Shown in pieces: positions 26,046 to 39,024 of a stretch of 64,000 nucleotides of DNA (its first letter is position 1; every line of letters begins with the position of its first letter). Origin of the DNA: Macrostomum lignano (taxonomy: Eukaryota); NCBI GenBank assembly GCA_002269645.1, contig NIVC01000430.1, forward strand, positions 62,001 through 126,000. Direction: 5' to 3'. Below the pieces are notes generated by a model. It was given only the letters and a program-made list of their open reading frames with translations, was not told where the DNA came from and searched no databases. Both the position numbers and the translations under genes were made by a program.

Positions 26046-27140
26046 TAAATGAAGCCATCGTGCTGTGCTGGGGAGAATTACTAAGATGTCAAGGCTCTCA
26101 GAGAATAACTGAGATTACGGGGGGGGGGGTTTCTGAGATGTCAAAGCAAAAGTCAGAAGCTACTTCAAAGTACATGTACTTTACTCAATTTTTTTATAAC
26201 ATTCTTTGTTGGCTCGCCACGGGGGGGGCGCTGATAGAAGAAGAGTCATGTAAAAAAGAAAAGAAGCACTATGTATACATAAAAGAAGAGTCATGTCGAA
26301 GTTAAAAGATTTGGGAATTGGGAATTTGGGAATTGCCACAATGTCAAGGCTTGGAGGGAATTGCTATAGTGCTGTGATTCTTGAAGAAAGAATCACTAAA
26401 TTGTCAAGGCTTAGGGGAGAAGAATTGCTGAGATTTCAAGGCTTTAGGTTGGGTTAAAGTTAGGTTTAGGTCAGGTTTGGGTTGAGGGTTAGATTTTAGC
26501 GGGTTTCAAGGTTAACAGGGGATTTTTCAGATATCAAGGTTTATGCGGGGCATTGCTGACATGTCAAGGCTTACAGGGGAATAGCTGAGATGTCAAGGCT
26601 CATGGGGGAATAAATGAGATGTCAAGGCTCATGGGGGAATAAATGAGATGTCAAGGCTAAAGTCAGAAGCTACATGTATTCTATTGAAAACTTTTTTTCA
26701 TTATTTGTTGGCTCCTCACGGGAGGGATTGCTGATAGAAAAAGTGTAATGTAAAAAATAAAAGAAGCTTCATGTCGAAGTTAAGAGATTCATTTGGGAAT
26801 CCCTACGATGTCGAGGCTTGCAGGGAATCGCTATAATGCTGTAGTGCTATAATGACTGTTGGAGAGAATTACTGAAATGTCAATGCTTTAGGGTTAGGGT
26901 TAGGGTTAGAAGGTTGACAGATTTTTTAAGATTGCAAGGCTTATGGGGCATTGCTAAGATGTCAAGGGGGTTGATATGCTAAGGCTTGTGGGGGGATTTT
27001 CTGACATGTCAAGGCTTAAAAGGTATAATGCAAAGAGACGCTTACATGTAGTTTATTAAAAAAACTTGTACTGCATTTTTTTGGCTCCCCAACGGGGGGC
27101 GCTGATTGCTAGTATAGTTATAAAGGCCGGACTAACGAAC

Positions 27141-27240
27141 CTGAACAGCCTTGGTGGTGCCTTTCAACGAATCGATGGTGGCTTGACAGGTGGCTGCACG
27201 CCGCCGCAGGTTGGCACAGGTGGACAGCTGCTCAGCGACT
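27141..27240 (-). CDS. WASHC1: WASH1 exon 2 (not in ORF track)
   Basis: VAEQLSTCANLRRRAATCQATIDSLKGTTKAVQ joins VFAAPKYP (compare human IKGSKKAIKVFSSAKYP); TTCAG acceptor, GTTCGT donor. Confidence 0.88.
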
Positions 27241-27584
27241 CTGAATAGGTAAAATAAGCGCGAATGTGTCAGTAGTACTTGTGAGCCATTGATTTGCTAT
27301 AAAGCGCCCACCCCATTTTTCCGGCTCCGTACGTCAGCCGGCTTTCTCTCTCTAACTCTCGCCCCCCTTATCTGTACTCGTAGTAAGCAAAGTGTACATT
27401 TACGACCACCACCCCACGCAATGCAGTAGTCGACTAAATATTAAATAAATAGCATCGTCTCGCCCAACTGTGGCTTTCGTACTTCTTCGTGCAACTGCCA
27501 AATCATGCATTGAACTCCTACAGTACTCTGTCAGCGTAAGTTAATCGACAAAATTGGGAATTAACTCCCTAACCGCTCTCTGCT

Positions 27585-28400
27585 TCCCAACCTCTATCCG
27601 TTCTCTACTCTCTATCCGCTCTCTACCCATTCTATCCGTTCTCTACTCTCTATCCGCTCTCTACCCATTCTATCCGTTCTCTACTCTCTATCCGCTCTCT
27701 ACCCATTCTATCCGTTCTCTACTCTCTATCCGCTCTCTACCCATTCTATCCGTTCTCTACTCTCTATCCGCTCTCTACCCATTCTATCCGTTCTCTACTC
27801 TCTATCCGCTCTCTACCCATTCTATCCGTTCTCTACTCTCTATCCGCTCTCTACCCATTCTATCCGTTCTCTACTCTCTATCCGCTCTCTATCCCCTCTC
27901 CATTCTATCCGCTCTCTATCCCCTCTCCATTCTATCCGCTCTCTACCCCCTCTCCATTCTATCCGCTCTCTATCCCCTCTCCATTCTATCCGCTCTCTAT
28001 CCCCTCTCCATTCTATCCGCTCTCTATCCCCTCTCCATTCTATCCGCTCTCTACCCCCTCTCCATTCTATCCGCTCTCTATCCCCTCTCCATTCTATCCG
28101 CTCTCTACCCCCTCTCCATTCTATCCGCTCTCTACCCTCTCTCCATTCTATCCGCTCTCTACCCTCTCTCCATTCTATCCGCTCTCTATCCCCTCTCCAT
28201 TCTATCCGCTCTATATCCCCTCTTCATTCTATCCGCGCTCTACCCCCCTAACCTCTATCCGCTCTCTACCCCCTAACCTCTATCCGCTCTCTACCCCCCT
28301 AACCTCTATCCGCTCTCTACCCCCCTAACCTCTATCCGCTCTCTACCCCCCTAACCTCTATCCGCTCTCTACTCCCCTACCTCTACCTCTATCCGCTCTC
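27585..28400. repeat. CT-rich compound minisatellite (38-, 27- and ~22-bp units) in WASH1 intron 1
   Basis: Shared core CTATCCGCTCTCTAC. Confidence 0.95.
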
Positions 28401-28418
28401 TGTTCTCCTCTTACTCAC

Positions 28419-28561
28419 TTAGCCTCCAGCCGGGCAAACACAGTGTTAGCAACCGTCTCCAATCGCTCTAAAGCATCAGCCGTCTGCACCAGCAGCTCCT
28501 CCGGGCGCAGCTGAGCTGGCGGCAGGCCGATGCGCATCGAGTCGGCTCGCTGGCCAATCAT
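28419..28561 (-). CDS. WASHC1: WASH1 exon 1 (not in ORF track in this frame)
   Basis: MIGQRADSMRIGLPPAQLRPEELLVQTADALERLETVANTVFARLEA matches WHD1 (LRREE..Q.ADAL..L); AA|GTGAGT donor, phase 2, matches exon 2. Confidence 0.85.
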
Positions 28562-28684
28562 GTTGCCAGCGGTTCCAATTGCTTTGCTGTGAGCTGTGCG
28601 GCTTACTGGCCGGCTGTGCGATACCTGGCTGTAATTGGCCGTCTCTGGTGAGCAACCCTGACAGTGTGCACTTGACAGGAGGCT

Positions 28685-29260
28685 GGGGATCTGGGTGGCT
28701 TATCGACTGAGGATCTGGGTAGCTTAGCAACTGAGGATCTGGGTAGCTTAGCAACTGAGGATCTGGGTAGCTTAGCAACTGAGGATCTGGGTAGCTTAGC
28801 AACTGAGGATCTGGGTAGCTTAGCAACTGAGGATCTGGGTAGATTAGCAACTGAGGATCTGGGTAGCTTAGCAACTGAGGATCTGGGTAGCTTAGCAACT
28901 GAGGATCTGGGTAGCTTAGCAACTGAGGATCTGGGTAGCTTAGCAACTGAGGATCTGGGTAGATTAGCAACTGAGGATCTGGGTAGCTTAGCAACTGAGG
29001 ATCTGGGTAGCTTAGCAACTGAGGATCTGGGTAGCTTAGCAACTGAGGATCTGGGTAGCTTAGCAACTGAGGATCTGGGTAGCTTAGCAACTGAGGATCT
29101 GGGTAGCTTAGCAACTGAGGATCTGGGTAGCTTAGCAACTGAGGATCTGGGTAGCTTAGCAACTGAGGATCTGGGTAGCTTAGCAACTGAGGATCTGGGT
29201 AGCTTAGCAACTGAGGATCTGGGTAGCTTAGCAACTGAGGATCTGGGTAGCTTAACAACT
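28685..29260. repeat. 24-bp minisatellite
   Basis: Unit ACTGAGGATCTGGGTAGCTTAGCA. Confidence 0.95.
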
Positions 29261-29269
29261 GAGTAGCTT

Positions 29270-29485
29270 AACAACCAGCAACTGACACTCTGGGAGGCTG
29301 GCCCAGCAACTGACACTCTGGGAGGCCAGCCCAGAAACTGAGAATTTGGGAGGCTGGCCCAGCAACTGGGAATCTGGGAGGCTGGCCCAGCAACTGAGGA
29401 TTTGGGAGGCTGGCCCAGCAACTGAGGATCTGGGAGGCTGGCCCAGCAACTGAGGATCTGGGAGGCTGGCCCAGCAACTGACACT
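29270..29485. repeat. 28-bp minisatellite, inverted copy of the 1590-1995 family
   Basis: Unit AACTGAGGATCTGGGAGGCTGGCCCAGC. Confidence 0.93.
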
Positions 29486-30189
29486 CTACAAAAATGGTAA
29501 AATCAAAAGAAATCAATATCCACATTTACAATAATGAAATCTTTATAATTTTTGCACCTACAATGGGACAAGTTTATAATCCAATAAAAAAGTGTTCTAA
29601 TGAAGATGAACAAGTTCCACCTGATGAGCAGCGTAGCGGGCACAATTGAACACGTAGCGGCAATTAGTCGATCATATAAGTAACATCAGTTTTAATATCT
29701 ATGGAAAATGTAGTTGCTACGCAAACAGTTGAACAACGGTTTTTAAAGAATTAATAAAAAGATCAATGCACAGTTCTTGAGACAGACAACGTGATCGCGT
29801 GAAAAAGCACGCCAAGAGGAGATATTACAGATATTAAAAAGCTTGGCTATGACAAATCAAAATCTTTCAATTCATATTTCTAACCAATGTCACCTAAGCA
29901 AAAATATTTTACTTGTTTGCATAACCTTGCCTTCTAACTCAAGTTATAGGAGCGTATGTGTATTCATAAACCAATAGCTGCCAACGAAGACCGCAATAAT
30001 TAGTTTATGGATAACAAAGCTAAGTCTGTTTTAAGCTAGAAGCCATTATCGATTTGTTTTGCTATTAGTAGTATGATAAAATAAATTAGTAATGGGCGGC
30101 ATTATAAAGGCAAAAGTGCAAACAGAAAAGATCTATACAAGATACAAAAAAGCTTTGTTGCTAAGATCTAATATTGCATTCGTCAGTCT

Positions 30190-30950
30190 AAATAACGCCA
30201 TAGACAATCAAACTGGGAATCCGCCATCTGTAGACTATGTGCTCTTCTCTCTGCGGCCTGAATGACCTTGAAAACTGTGGGGCCATAGACAATCAAACTG
30301 GGAATCCGCCATAGACCCTTATCTCTTCTCTCTGCGGCCTGAGTGACCTTGAAAGTTGTGGGGCCATAGACAATCAAACTGGGAGTCCGCCATAGACCCT
30401 TATCTCTTCTCGCCTGAATGACCTTGATGGGGCCATAGACAATCAAACTGGGAATCCGCCATAGACCCTTATCTCTTCTCGCCTGAATGACCTTGATGGG
30501 GCCATAGACAATCAAACTGGGAGTCCGCCATAGACCCTTATCTCTTCTCGCCTGAATGACCTTGATGGGGCCATAGACAATCAAACTGGGAGTCCGCCAT
30601 AGACCCTTATCTCTTCTCGCCTGAATGACCTTGATGGGGCCATAGACAATCAAACTGGGAATCCGCCATAGACCCTTATCTCTTCTCGCCTGAATGACCT
30701 TGATGGGGCCATAGACAATCAAACTGGGAGTCCGCCATAGACCCTTATCTCTTCTCGCCTGAATGACCTTGATGGGGCCATAGACAATCAAACTGGGAAT
30801 CCGCCATAGACCCTTATCTCTTCTCGCCTGAATGACCTTGATGGGGCCATAGACAATCAAACTGGGAATCCGCCATAGACCCTTATCTCTTCTCTCTGTG
30901 GCTTGAGTGACCTTGAATGCTGTGGGGCCATAGACAATCAACTGGGGCCA
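30190..30950. repeat. 69-bp minisatellite
   Basis: Unit GATGGGGCCATAGACAATCAAACTGGGAATCCGCCATAGACCCTTATCTCTTCTCGCCTGAATGACCTT. Confidence 0.95.
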
Positions 30951-31656
30951 CAAAGAGCGCGTGGTCTATATCATATTCCTAGTTGGATTGTGTATGTGTA
31001 CGGTTTCAATTTAAACTGACAAATACAACTATTGCTTATTAGATTAGATTATTATTAACAGTACGAGTAAGTCCAGGGTTCGATTCCCTGGAGTGTGCAA
31101 ACACTGAATACTCAATTACACACATGCTGTTAGTTAAAGACATATTTTCAAACAGGAATGAAGCTGTATAATGGATAGAGAGAATACTGATTGCCTACGG
31201 TTACGGGGCTGACGAATCAGGTGCTGAAACTGAAAGTTACAGTTGATAACAGTTGATTAAAACAAAGCCTAGTGAAGCAATAACTTAATTTACAAATAAA
31301 AACAATGAAGAACACGCTAGCAAATAAAAAATATGAAATAGTTTACTATGAATCAAAGAGTGAACGGATGGTATTTAAAGAATTGAAATTGATTTTTGGT
31401 GGTTCTACAAAAAATTAATGATTAGTTAAAATAATCATACACCATTAAGTTGTGGCAAAAAAAAATAGAAGAACATAAAAGTCAACTAAATTAAATAATT
31501 GTCTCTATGAACAATTTAAAAAATTGGCTCCATTTTTAACAAAAATCGAAAATTCCTTATCAAAAACATGCAGTATAAATTCATAGTTGAGTTTTTTTCA
31601 CAAATTATGTTGAATAGCTGACACTAAACGTTTAATTAATTAATTATTATGAATAT

Positions 31657-31773
31657 TTATTCGTCGCAACAGGTCTGATATTCTTTCATCACGATGCGAA
31701 ATCTGCCAGCATTGACTGTGTCTGATAGAACGTGCAGAGTGTACTTGCTCTCGTTCAGCATGTGGCTCACCAT
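31657..31773 (-). CDS. TFCP2: TFCP2/LSF-family factor, exon 7 (last)
   Basis: CTAACAG acceptor; MVSHMLNESKYTLHVLSDTVNAGRFRIVMKEYQTCCDE* aligns by eye with the TFCP2 C-terminus. Confidence 0.8.
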   Translation of the reverse strand: MVSHMLNESKYTLHVLSDTVNAGRFRIVMKEYQTCCDE

Positions 31774-31879
31774 CTGTTAGGGCAGGCAGTGGGGGGCTAT
31801 TGTTTGCGAGTGTACACAGGGAGCTGGAGGTGCGGCAGGGGCCGGAGCGAGTTTACATTGTAAGAGTGAAGTAGGCGGA

Positions 31880-32430
31880 AGGGGGTTTGCCGGGCAGGGT
31901 CTAGTAGAGCGAGTGTACATTGTGAGTGAGGTTGGCGGAAGGGGGTTGGGGCAGGGGCCGGAGCCAGTGTACATTGTGAGTGAGGTTGACGGAAGGAATT
32001 TGGAACAGGGGCCGGAGCGAGTGTACATTGCGAGTGAGGTTGACGGAAGGGGGTTGGAACAGGGGCCGGAGCCAGTGTACATTGTGAGAGTGAGGTTGGC
32101 GGAAGGGGGTTGGGGCAGGGGCCGGAGCCAGTGTACATTGTGAGAGTGAGGTTGGCGGAAGGGGGTTGGGGCAGGGGCCGGAGCCAGTGTACATTGTGAG
32201 AGTGAGGTTGGCGGAAGGGGTTGGGGCAGGGGCCGGAGCCAGTGTACATTGTGAGAGTGAGGTTGGCGGAAGGGGGTTGGGGCAGGGGCCGGAGCCAGTG
32301 TACATTGGGAGTGAGGTTATCGGAAGGGAGTTGGGGCAGGGGCCGGAGCGAGTGTACATTGTGAGTGAGGTTGGCGGAAAGGCGGTTGGGGCAGGGGCCG
32401 GAGCCAGTGTACATTGTGAGTGGGGTTGGT
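31880..32430. repeat. ~60-bp minisatellite in TFCP2 intron 6
   Basis: Unit ~GTGTACATTGTGAGAGTGAGGTTGGCGGAAGGGGGTTGGGGCAGGGGCCGGAGCCA. Confidence 0.93.
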
Positions 32431-32487
32431 CGGAGGGGCTGGAGCGACTGCACAATGTAAGTAGGATTAAATGGTTGCAGCCTTACC

Positions 32488-32629
32488 TCATCGCTAATGC
32501 AGACGGTGATGTCCCCGGGCCCGGACACGAGTATCTGTGTGATTTTGTCGCTGTCAGATTGAAACAGGTTGGTAACCTTGGCGAAGAGCTCCGGATAGGT
32601 GAGCTGGTTCAGGTACACCGGGTGAAACA
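32488..32629 (-). CDS. TFCP2: TFCP2 exon 6
   Basis: FHPVYLNQLTYPELFAKV..QILVSGPGDITVCISDE (compare YHAIYLEELT..GPTGIHVLISDE); canonical splice sites. Confidence 0.9.
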
Positions 32630-33059
32630 CTGTAGGAAAAATAAAGTCGAATGCGTGCGAAATAAAATTATCAAGCAGTTTTTCTCGGATAAAAAGATAG
32701 GAGTCGTGGCGGAAGGAAGATAATAAGATAATTTGCTAAGCTCTGCTCTCAGGAAGTCACACCTGACTCAAAGAATTGAAACAAAAAAATTGTCTCTTTG
32801 ATCACAAAAAGCGACGCACAAACAATAAACAGAATATGCCTGTGCTCAGGTGGCCCTTTTTAGCGCCTAAAAATATTTTCTACTTCGCAAGAATTGACGG
32901 ACAAGCTGCGAAACGTAATAATCCTAAGCGAAAATCCCTCACAGCGCTTCAGGTCAGAGACCGGGTATGCCTTGACTTGCTTGAAGTGAACGGAACAGGC
33001 AAATCTCGAAATCCCACGAGAAAAGATCCGCTCCACACGTATTCACAATAATACAGATC

Positions 33060-33720
33060 CGCCTCACACGTATTCACCGCACGTCAAATCCGCACCCGCA
33101 TTCACGACACCCCCAAATCCGCACCCGCATTCACGACACCCTTAAATCCGCACCCGCATTCACGACACCCCCAAATCCGCACCCGCATTCACGACACCCC
33201 CAAATCCGCACCCGCATTCACGACACCCCCAAATCCGCACCCGCATTCACGACACCCCCAAATCCGCACCCGCATTCACGACACCCCCAAATCCGCACCC
33301 GCATTCACGACACCCCCAAATCCGCACCCGCATTCACGACACACGCAAATCCGCACCCGCATTCACGACACACCCAAATCCGCACCCGCATTCACGACAC
33401 CCCAAATCCGCACCCGCATTCACGACACCCCCAAATCCGCACCCGCATTCACGACACCCCCAAATCCGCACCCTCGCATTCACCACACCCCCAAATCCGC
33501 CCCCCTCGCATTCACCACACCCCAAATCCGCCCCTCGCATTCACCACACCCCAAATCCGCCCCCCCTCGCATTCACCACACCCCAAATCCGCCCCCTCGC
33601 ATTCACCACACCCCAAATCCGCCCCCTCGCATTCACCACACCCCAAATCCGCCCCCTCGCATTCACCACACCCCAAATCCGCCCCCTCGCATTCACCACA
33701 ACCCAAATCCGCCCCCTCGC
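33060..33720. repeat. ~29-bp minisatellite in TFCP2 intron 5
   Basis: Unit ACCCGCATTCACGACACCCCCAAATCCGC. Confidence 0.93.
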
Positions 33721-33749
33721 ATTAGCCACGGTAAAATGGAGTTGCCTAC

Positions 33750-34153
33750 CATTCTCAGTTTCCTGACCAACGTAAAACAGCAGGCGAGCCCTGCAAGGCC
33801 GCTGCATGATTGCGTTGCACAATCTGATACCGTCACCAACTCCGCAAATTTCAATTAAATCGGCGCGCGACAATTGCAACATATCGGCGCCGTTGTATTG
33901 TTGAAATGCGCGTATTAGATTAGGCGAAAACCGATTGCGCTCCAGCCAATCGGACACCTGCTGCGGAGAGCTAGCGTTCGTCAGAGGCTCAGGCGGAGAC
34001 GCCGAAGGACCAGCGGCGCTAGAGGTCTCCGGCGTCTTCGGGTCGCAGTCGCTACCGCTGCCGCCGCCGCTGGCGCCAACAAAACCCGACGGCGAGTGTC
34101 GATTGCTGGCCGATGCGACACCGCTGGAGCCACCGCAGCGAGCCTCTTGCTTG
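33750..34153 (-). CDS. TFCP2: TFCP2 exon 5 (linker and SAM-like domain)
   Basis: SPQQVSDWLERNRF..YNGADMLQLSRADLIEICGVGDGIRLCNAI..RLLFYVGQE; acceptor phase 2, donor phase 1. Confidence 0.9.
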
Positions 34154-34209
34154 CTGCGGGTGACAAATAAGCAGAATTAACAACGGAGTACAGTTCAAAA
34201 TCCACTAAA

Positions 34210-34780
34210 TGAAACTGCCTAATCTCCTAATGCAACTGCCTAATCTCCAAATGCAGCTTCCTAATCTCCTAATGCAACTACTCACTCTTCTAATGCAACT
34301 GCCTAATCTCGTAATACAACTGCCTATTCTCCTAATGCAACTGCCTAATTTACTAATGCAACTGCCTAATCTCCTAATGCCACTGCCTAATCTCCTAATG
34401 CAACTGCCTAATCTCCTAATACAACTACTCACTCTCATAATGCTATTGCCTAATTTACTAATGCAACTGCCTATTCTCCTAATACAACTGCCTAATTTAC
34501 TAATGCAACTGCCTATTATTCTAATGCAACTACCTAATCTCCTAATGCCACTGCCTAATCTCCTAATGCAACTGCCTAATCTCCTAATGCAACTGCCTAA
34601 TCTCCTAATACAACTTCCTAATTTACTAATTCAACTGCCTATTCTCCTAATGCAACTGCCTAATCTCCTAATGCAACTGCCTAATCTCCTAATACAACTT
34701 CCTAATCTCCTAATACAACTACTCACTCTCCTAATGCTATTGCCTTATCTTCTAATGCAACTGCGTAATCTCCCAGTGCA
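34210..34780. repeat. 21-bp minisatellite in TFCP2 intron 4
   Basis: Unit AATGCAACTGCCTAATCTCCT. Confidence 0.95.
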
Positions 34781-35949
34781 ACTGCCTGCAGCAGCAGATG
34801 AGGCGTGTTTAGTCAACCTCATGTTTGCAAGCATCGATAGGCCATAATAAAACTAAATGGACATTAATTACATTGATTAATATGTGCAGGGCCCCTCCCG
34901 ATTCTTTTACAGAATTGATAATCGTACAACTCATTTTGAATGCGTGCCGAATCTAGGCAAACACATTTGTTATAATACACGTATTTTTCATAATATTTAA
35001 CGCGAACTAATTTTTGTTTAAACTAACAAATTTTAGTATAAATAAAAGCGCTTTCGGCGGAGGAGAGACCAACCTCGAGCATCGCGGTTCCTTAAGAAAG
35101 AAAGCCAGTATCGAATAGTAAGAGTTCCGAGTAAACGTTATTGAAGATTGTTTTCCGAGTTATTCATTTGCATAAGTAAAAGTGAAGTAGGCCGAAGCGT
35201 ATACAGTATATACTACTGAGAAGTGGAAGTAGTAAGAAACTACGAAGTAGATCCTAAATCGATACATGTAAGAATGACCGGAGGCTGTGATCCTCTGATC
35301 TCGGTAACGTCCAGGACTAAAAATACATACAATACATATACCAGTAAGCCAATGTACCTCTCAGGTCAAATTACTAGTAGAACGCTACCAGAATAACAGT
35401 AAACGCTACCAGAAATACAGAAGAACGATACTCGTAAGGGCTAGATAGTAGTTCACAGATCAAATACTCGGACTTATACTCAGAATAAATACTCAGACTA
35501 ATTCTAAGAAACATTTCTCAGACTTATTCTAAGATTAATAAACTCATAATTTTTTAATAGAATAATCTTGGTGGCAGCTACCAACATTAGGACATTTATA
35601 AAGACAGAAGTTCATCCCTGTTACAACTTGGGAGGCTTGGGATTAGAGTCATGTTACCTGCTAATCCACCCGTGACCTAAATAAGGCAGGAGCAACTGCA
35701 GTCGCGTTAGGCAATGGGAAAAAAAGAAATAATAGACAGAAAGGCAGTCATCAGAGGCGGGAGCAGGTGAGAACAGAGCTAAAACTTTCTTTTCTGCTCT
35801 TTGTACCAATTTTAGCTGAATTATTAATTTATAAATCACAAAGCCATCCCTGTTCGAATACCGAATTGCTATCCCGCATAACCTAGTTCCTAATGCAAAA
35901 TTTCACTTGCTAAATCTATAATTCCGATGTCGAAACATATTAAATACCC

Positions 35950-37010
35950 TAAATCCCATATCATAGATCGGAACTCCCCATATTATAGATCCCATATCCT
36001 AGATTCCAAATTCCGATATTATAGATCCGAAATGCGAAATCCCATATTACAGATCTGAAATCAAATATTATAGATTCCAAATCCCATATTATAGATCCCA
36101 AATCACCATGTCATAGATCTGAAATCCTATATTATAGATACCAAAATCTTCATATCTTAGCTCCCAAATCCCCATATTATAGATCCCAAATCCCCATATT
36201 ATAGATCGGAAATCCTATATCATAGATCCCAAATCCCCATATCTTAGATTCTAAATCCCCATATAATCGATCTGAAATCCCATATTAAAGACGTGAAATC
36301 CCATATTATAGATCCAGAATTCCCATATCATGGATCCAAAATCCCATATCTTAGATTCCAAATTCCCATATCTTAGATCCCAAATCGCCATATCTTAGAT
36401 TCCGAAATCCCATATTATAGATCCCAAAGCCTCATATCTTAGATCCCAAATCCCCATATCTTAGATTCCAAATTCCCATATCTTAGATCCCAAATCCCCA
36501 TATCTTAGATCCCAAATCCCCATATCTTAGATTCCGAATTCCCATATCTTAGATTCCAAATTCCCATATCTTAGATTCCAAATCCCCATATCTAAGATTC
36601 CGAAATCCCATATTATAGATCCCAAAACCTCGTATCTTAGATCCCAAATCCCCATATCTTAGATTCCAAATCCCCATATCTTAGATTCCAAATCCCCATA
36701 TCTTAGATTCCAAATCCCCATATCTTAGATCCCAAATCCCCATATCTTAGATCCCAAATCCCCATATCTTAGATTCCGAATTCCCATATCTTAGATTCCA
36801 AATTCCCATATCTTAGATTCCAAATCCCCATATCTAAGATTCCGAAATCCCATATTATAGATCCCAAAACCTCGTATCTTAGATCCCAAATCCCCATATC
36901 TTAGATTCCAAATCCCCATATCTTAGATTCCAAATCCCCATATCTTAGATCCCAAATCCCCATATCTTAGATTCCGAATTCCCATATCTTAGATCCCAAA
37001 TCTCCATATT
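35950..37010. repeat. ~23-bp minisatellite in TFCP2 intron 4
   Basis: Unit CCCATATCTTAGATCCCAAATCC. Confidence 0.93.
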
Positions 37011-37066
37011 CCAGATTTTGATTTACATGAACTGAGATCAAATGACAGTCAGATTGCAAAGCTTAC

Positions 37067-37380
37067 ATTGACACGCCAGAATATTGAGCCTGGGCCTGAG
37101 CCAGAGCCTGCTGCTGCTGATGATGACGCACTAGCGGTTGCTGGGCAGGCCGCGGCAGGTCGCCGATTGAGAAGGCGGCAACGTCGCGCTGCCCGCTGAT
37201 ATCAATGTCACCTCCGGTGCCGCCGCTATCCGCCCCATCAGACAGCACGTTCAATGGTAAGAATGGAGTATAGGGCAGGGGCGGCTGGTATTTGCTTCGC
37301 TCAGCGTCTGAGCGCTTCTCCACCTTTTCCCTATCGGTCTTGTGCTTCCGGTCGGCGCCTTTCGGCTTGAACACTTTCAC
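37067..37380 (-). CDS. TFCP2: TFCP2 exon 4
   Basis: [27 protein letters not shown] is the Grainyhead/CP2 signature; CCAG acceptor, AT|GTAAGC donor. Confidence 0.93.
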
Positions 37381-37449
37381 CTGGGTGGGGACCGAAACAG
37401 TTAGACTTTGCTGGCCAACTGGTTCTAGTCGACACTGTCGACACTTTCA

Positions 37450-38545
37450 TCACACTGGCACTCCCTCAAATCACACTGGCACTCCCTCAAATCACACTGG
37501 CACTCTACCAAATCACACTGTCACTCTCCCAAATCACACTGGCACTCCCCCAAATCACACTGTCACTCTAACAAATCACACTGTCACTCTCCCAAATCAC
37601 ACTGGCACTCTCCCAAATCACACTGTCACTCTCCCAAATCACACTGTCACTCTCCCAAATCACACTGTCACTCTCCCAAATCACACTGGCACTCTCCCAA
37701 ATCACACTGTCACTCTCCCAAATCACACTGTCACTCTCCCAAATCACACTGGCACTCTCCCAAATCACACTGGCACTCTCCCAAATCACACTGGCACTCT
37801 CCCAAATCACACTGGCACTCTACCAAATCACACTGTCACTCTCCCAAATCACACTGGCACTCCCCAAATCACACTGTCACTCTCCCAAATCACACTGTCA
37901 CTCTCCCAAATCACACTGGCACTCTCCCAAATCACACTGTCACTCTCCCAAATCACACTGTCACTCTCCCAAATCACACTGGCACTCTCCCTTTAGTGTG
38001 ACCGTGGAGGGTTTAGTGTGACCGTGAGAGGGTTTAGTGTGACCGTGAGAGGGTTTAGTGTGACCGTGAGAGGGTTTAGTGTGACCGTGAGAGGGTTTAG
38101 TGTGACCGTGAGAGGGTTTAGTGTGACAGTGAGAGGGTTTAGTGTGACCGTGAGATGGTTTAGTGTGACAGTGAGAGGGTTTAGTGTGACCGTGAGAGGG
38201 TTTAGTGTGACCGTGAGAGGGTTTAGTGTGACCGTGAGAGGGTTTAGTGTGACCGTGAGAGGGTTTAGTGTGACCGTGAGAGGGTTTAGTGTGACCGTGA
38301 GAGGGTTTATTGTGACCGTGAGGGTTTAGTGTGACCGTGAGAGGGTTTAGTGTGACCGTGAGAGGGTTTAGTGTGACAGTGAGAGGGTTTAGTGTGACCG
38401 TGAGAGGGTTTAGTGTGACCGTGAGAGGGTTTAGTGTGACCGTGAGAGGGTTTATTGTGACCGTGAGAGGGTTTAGTGTGACAGTGAGAGGGTTTAGTGT
38501 GACCGTGAGAGGGTTTAGTGTGGCTGTGAGAGGGTTTAGTGACTC
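37450..38545. repeat. 21-bp minisatellite in TFCP2 intron 3, spanning the left junction of the complemented block
   Basis: AAATCACACTGGCACTCTCCC up to 37991, TTTAGTGTGACCGTGAGAGGG from 37992. Confidence 0.95.
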
Positions 38546-38564
38546 GGTGACTCGGTCGTGAGTG

Positions 38565-38969
38565 GACTCGCCGTTGCGACGTGTCGTTTAGGGGTCGTCT
38601 CACTAGTTTCCACAGTTAGACGTCGGCCTTGCCCTACGGGAAGAGCGGCGGCACAAAGGATCGGCACTTGAGCCACGACTACGTCACGTCAAATTGTTTT
38701 TGCGGCGTCAACTGGACGGACGGGCAACTGTTGTACCGCAACGACGATAGTAACGGCGGTAGACGCAGCGTCAGCTACATCGGCGGCAGGGTCTAATGAA
38801 GGCGCTGCAATTAGAAACTGCCTTGCCGCATGTGGACCGCTCGCAATATCCTATCTCGTCGCAGGTGCAGATCCTAAGAGAGGGGACCGGCCGAGACAGC
38901 GGTTATTAGGTACACGAGGAAGAGGTACTTGACGTAGGCCGCGAGCACCTTCGAGTGAGCTTTATGCGA
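38565..38969 (-). CDS. TFCP2: TFCP2 exon 3 (CP2 DNA-binding core), readable only by reading the given text backwards without complementing
   Basis: Backward text: [75 protein letters not shown]; 405 nt, phase 0/0. Confidence 0.92.
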
Positions 38970-39024
38970 GAACTTTTACTCCGCTACTTCAATTCTTGTG
39001 AATTAACTCCGCGAACTTGTTTGA

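Larger units (their letters stand above)
16373..27112 (+). mobile_element. Array of non-autonomous Helitron-like elements filling WASH1 intron 2
   Basis: 5' ends TC(N)nATATACTAAA near 16373, 20167 and 24941, the last two followed by (GCTT)n and GACCGATTTT; 3' ends of a CCCC..GGGG hairpin then CTAG at 18658, 20166, 24940 and 27112; CTAG|TC junctions at 20166/7 and 24940/1. Confidence 0.6.

Noticed and set aside
30190-30950. Possible CRISPR-like array (also other regular arrays)
   Set aside because: Units are contiguous with no unique spacers, there are no cas genes, and the context is eukaryotic.
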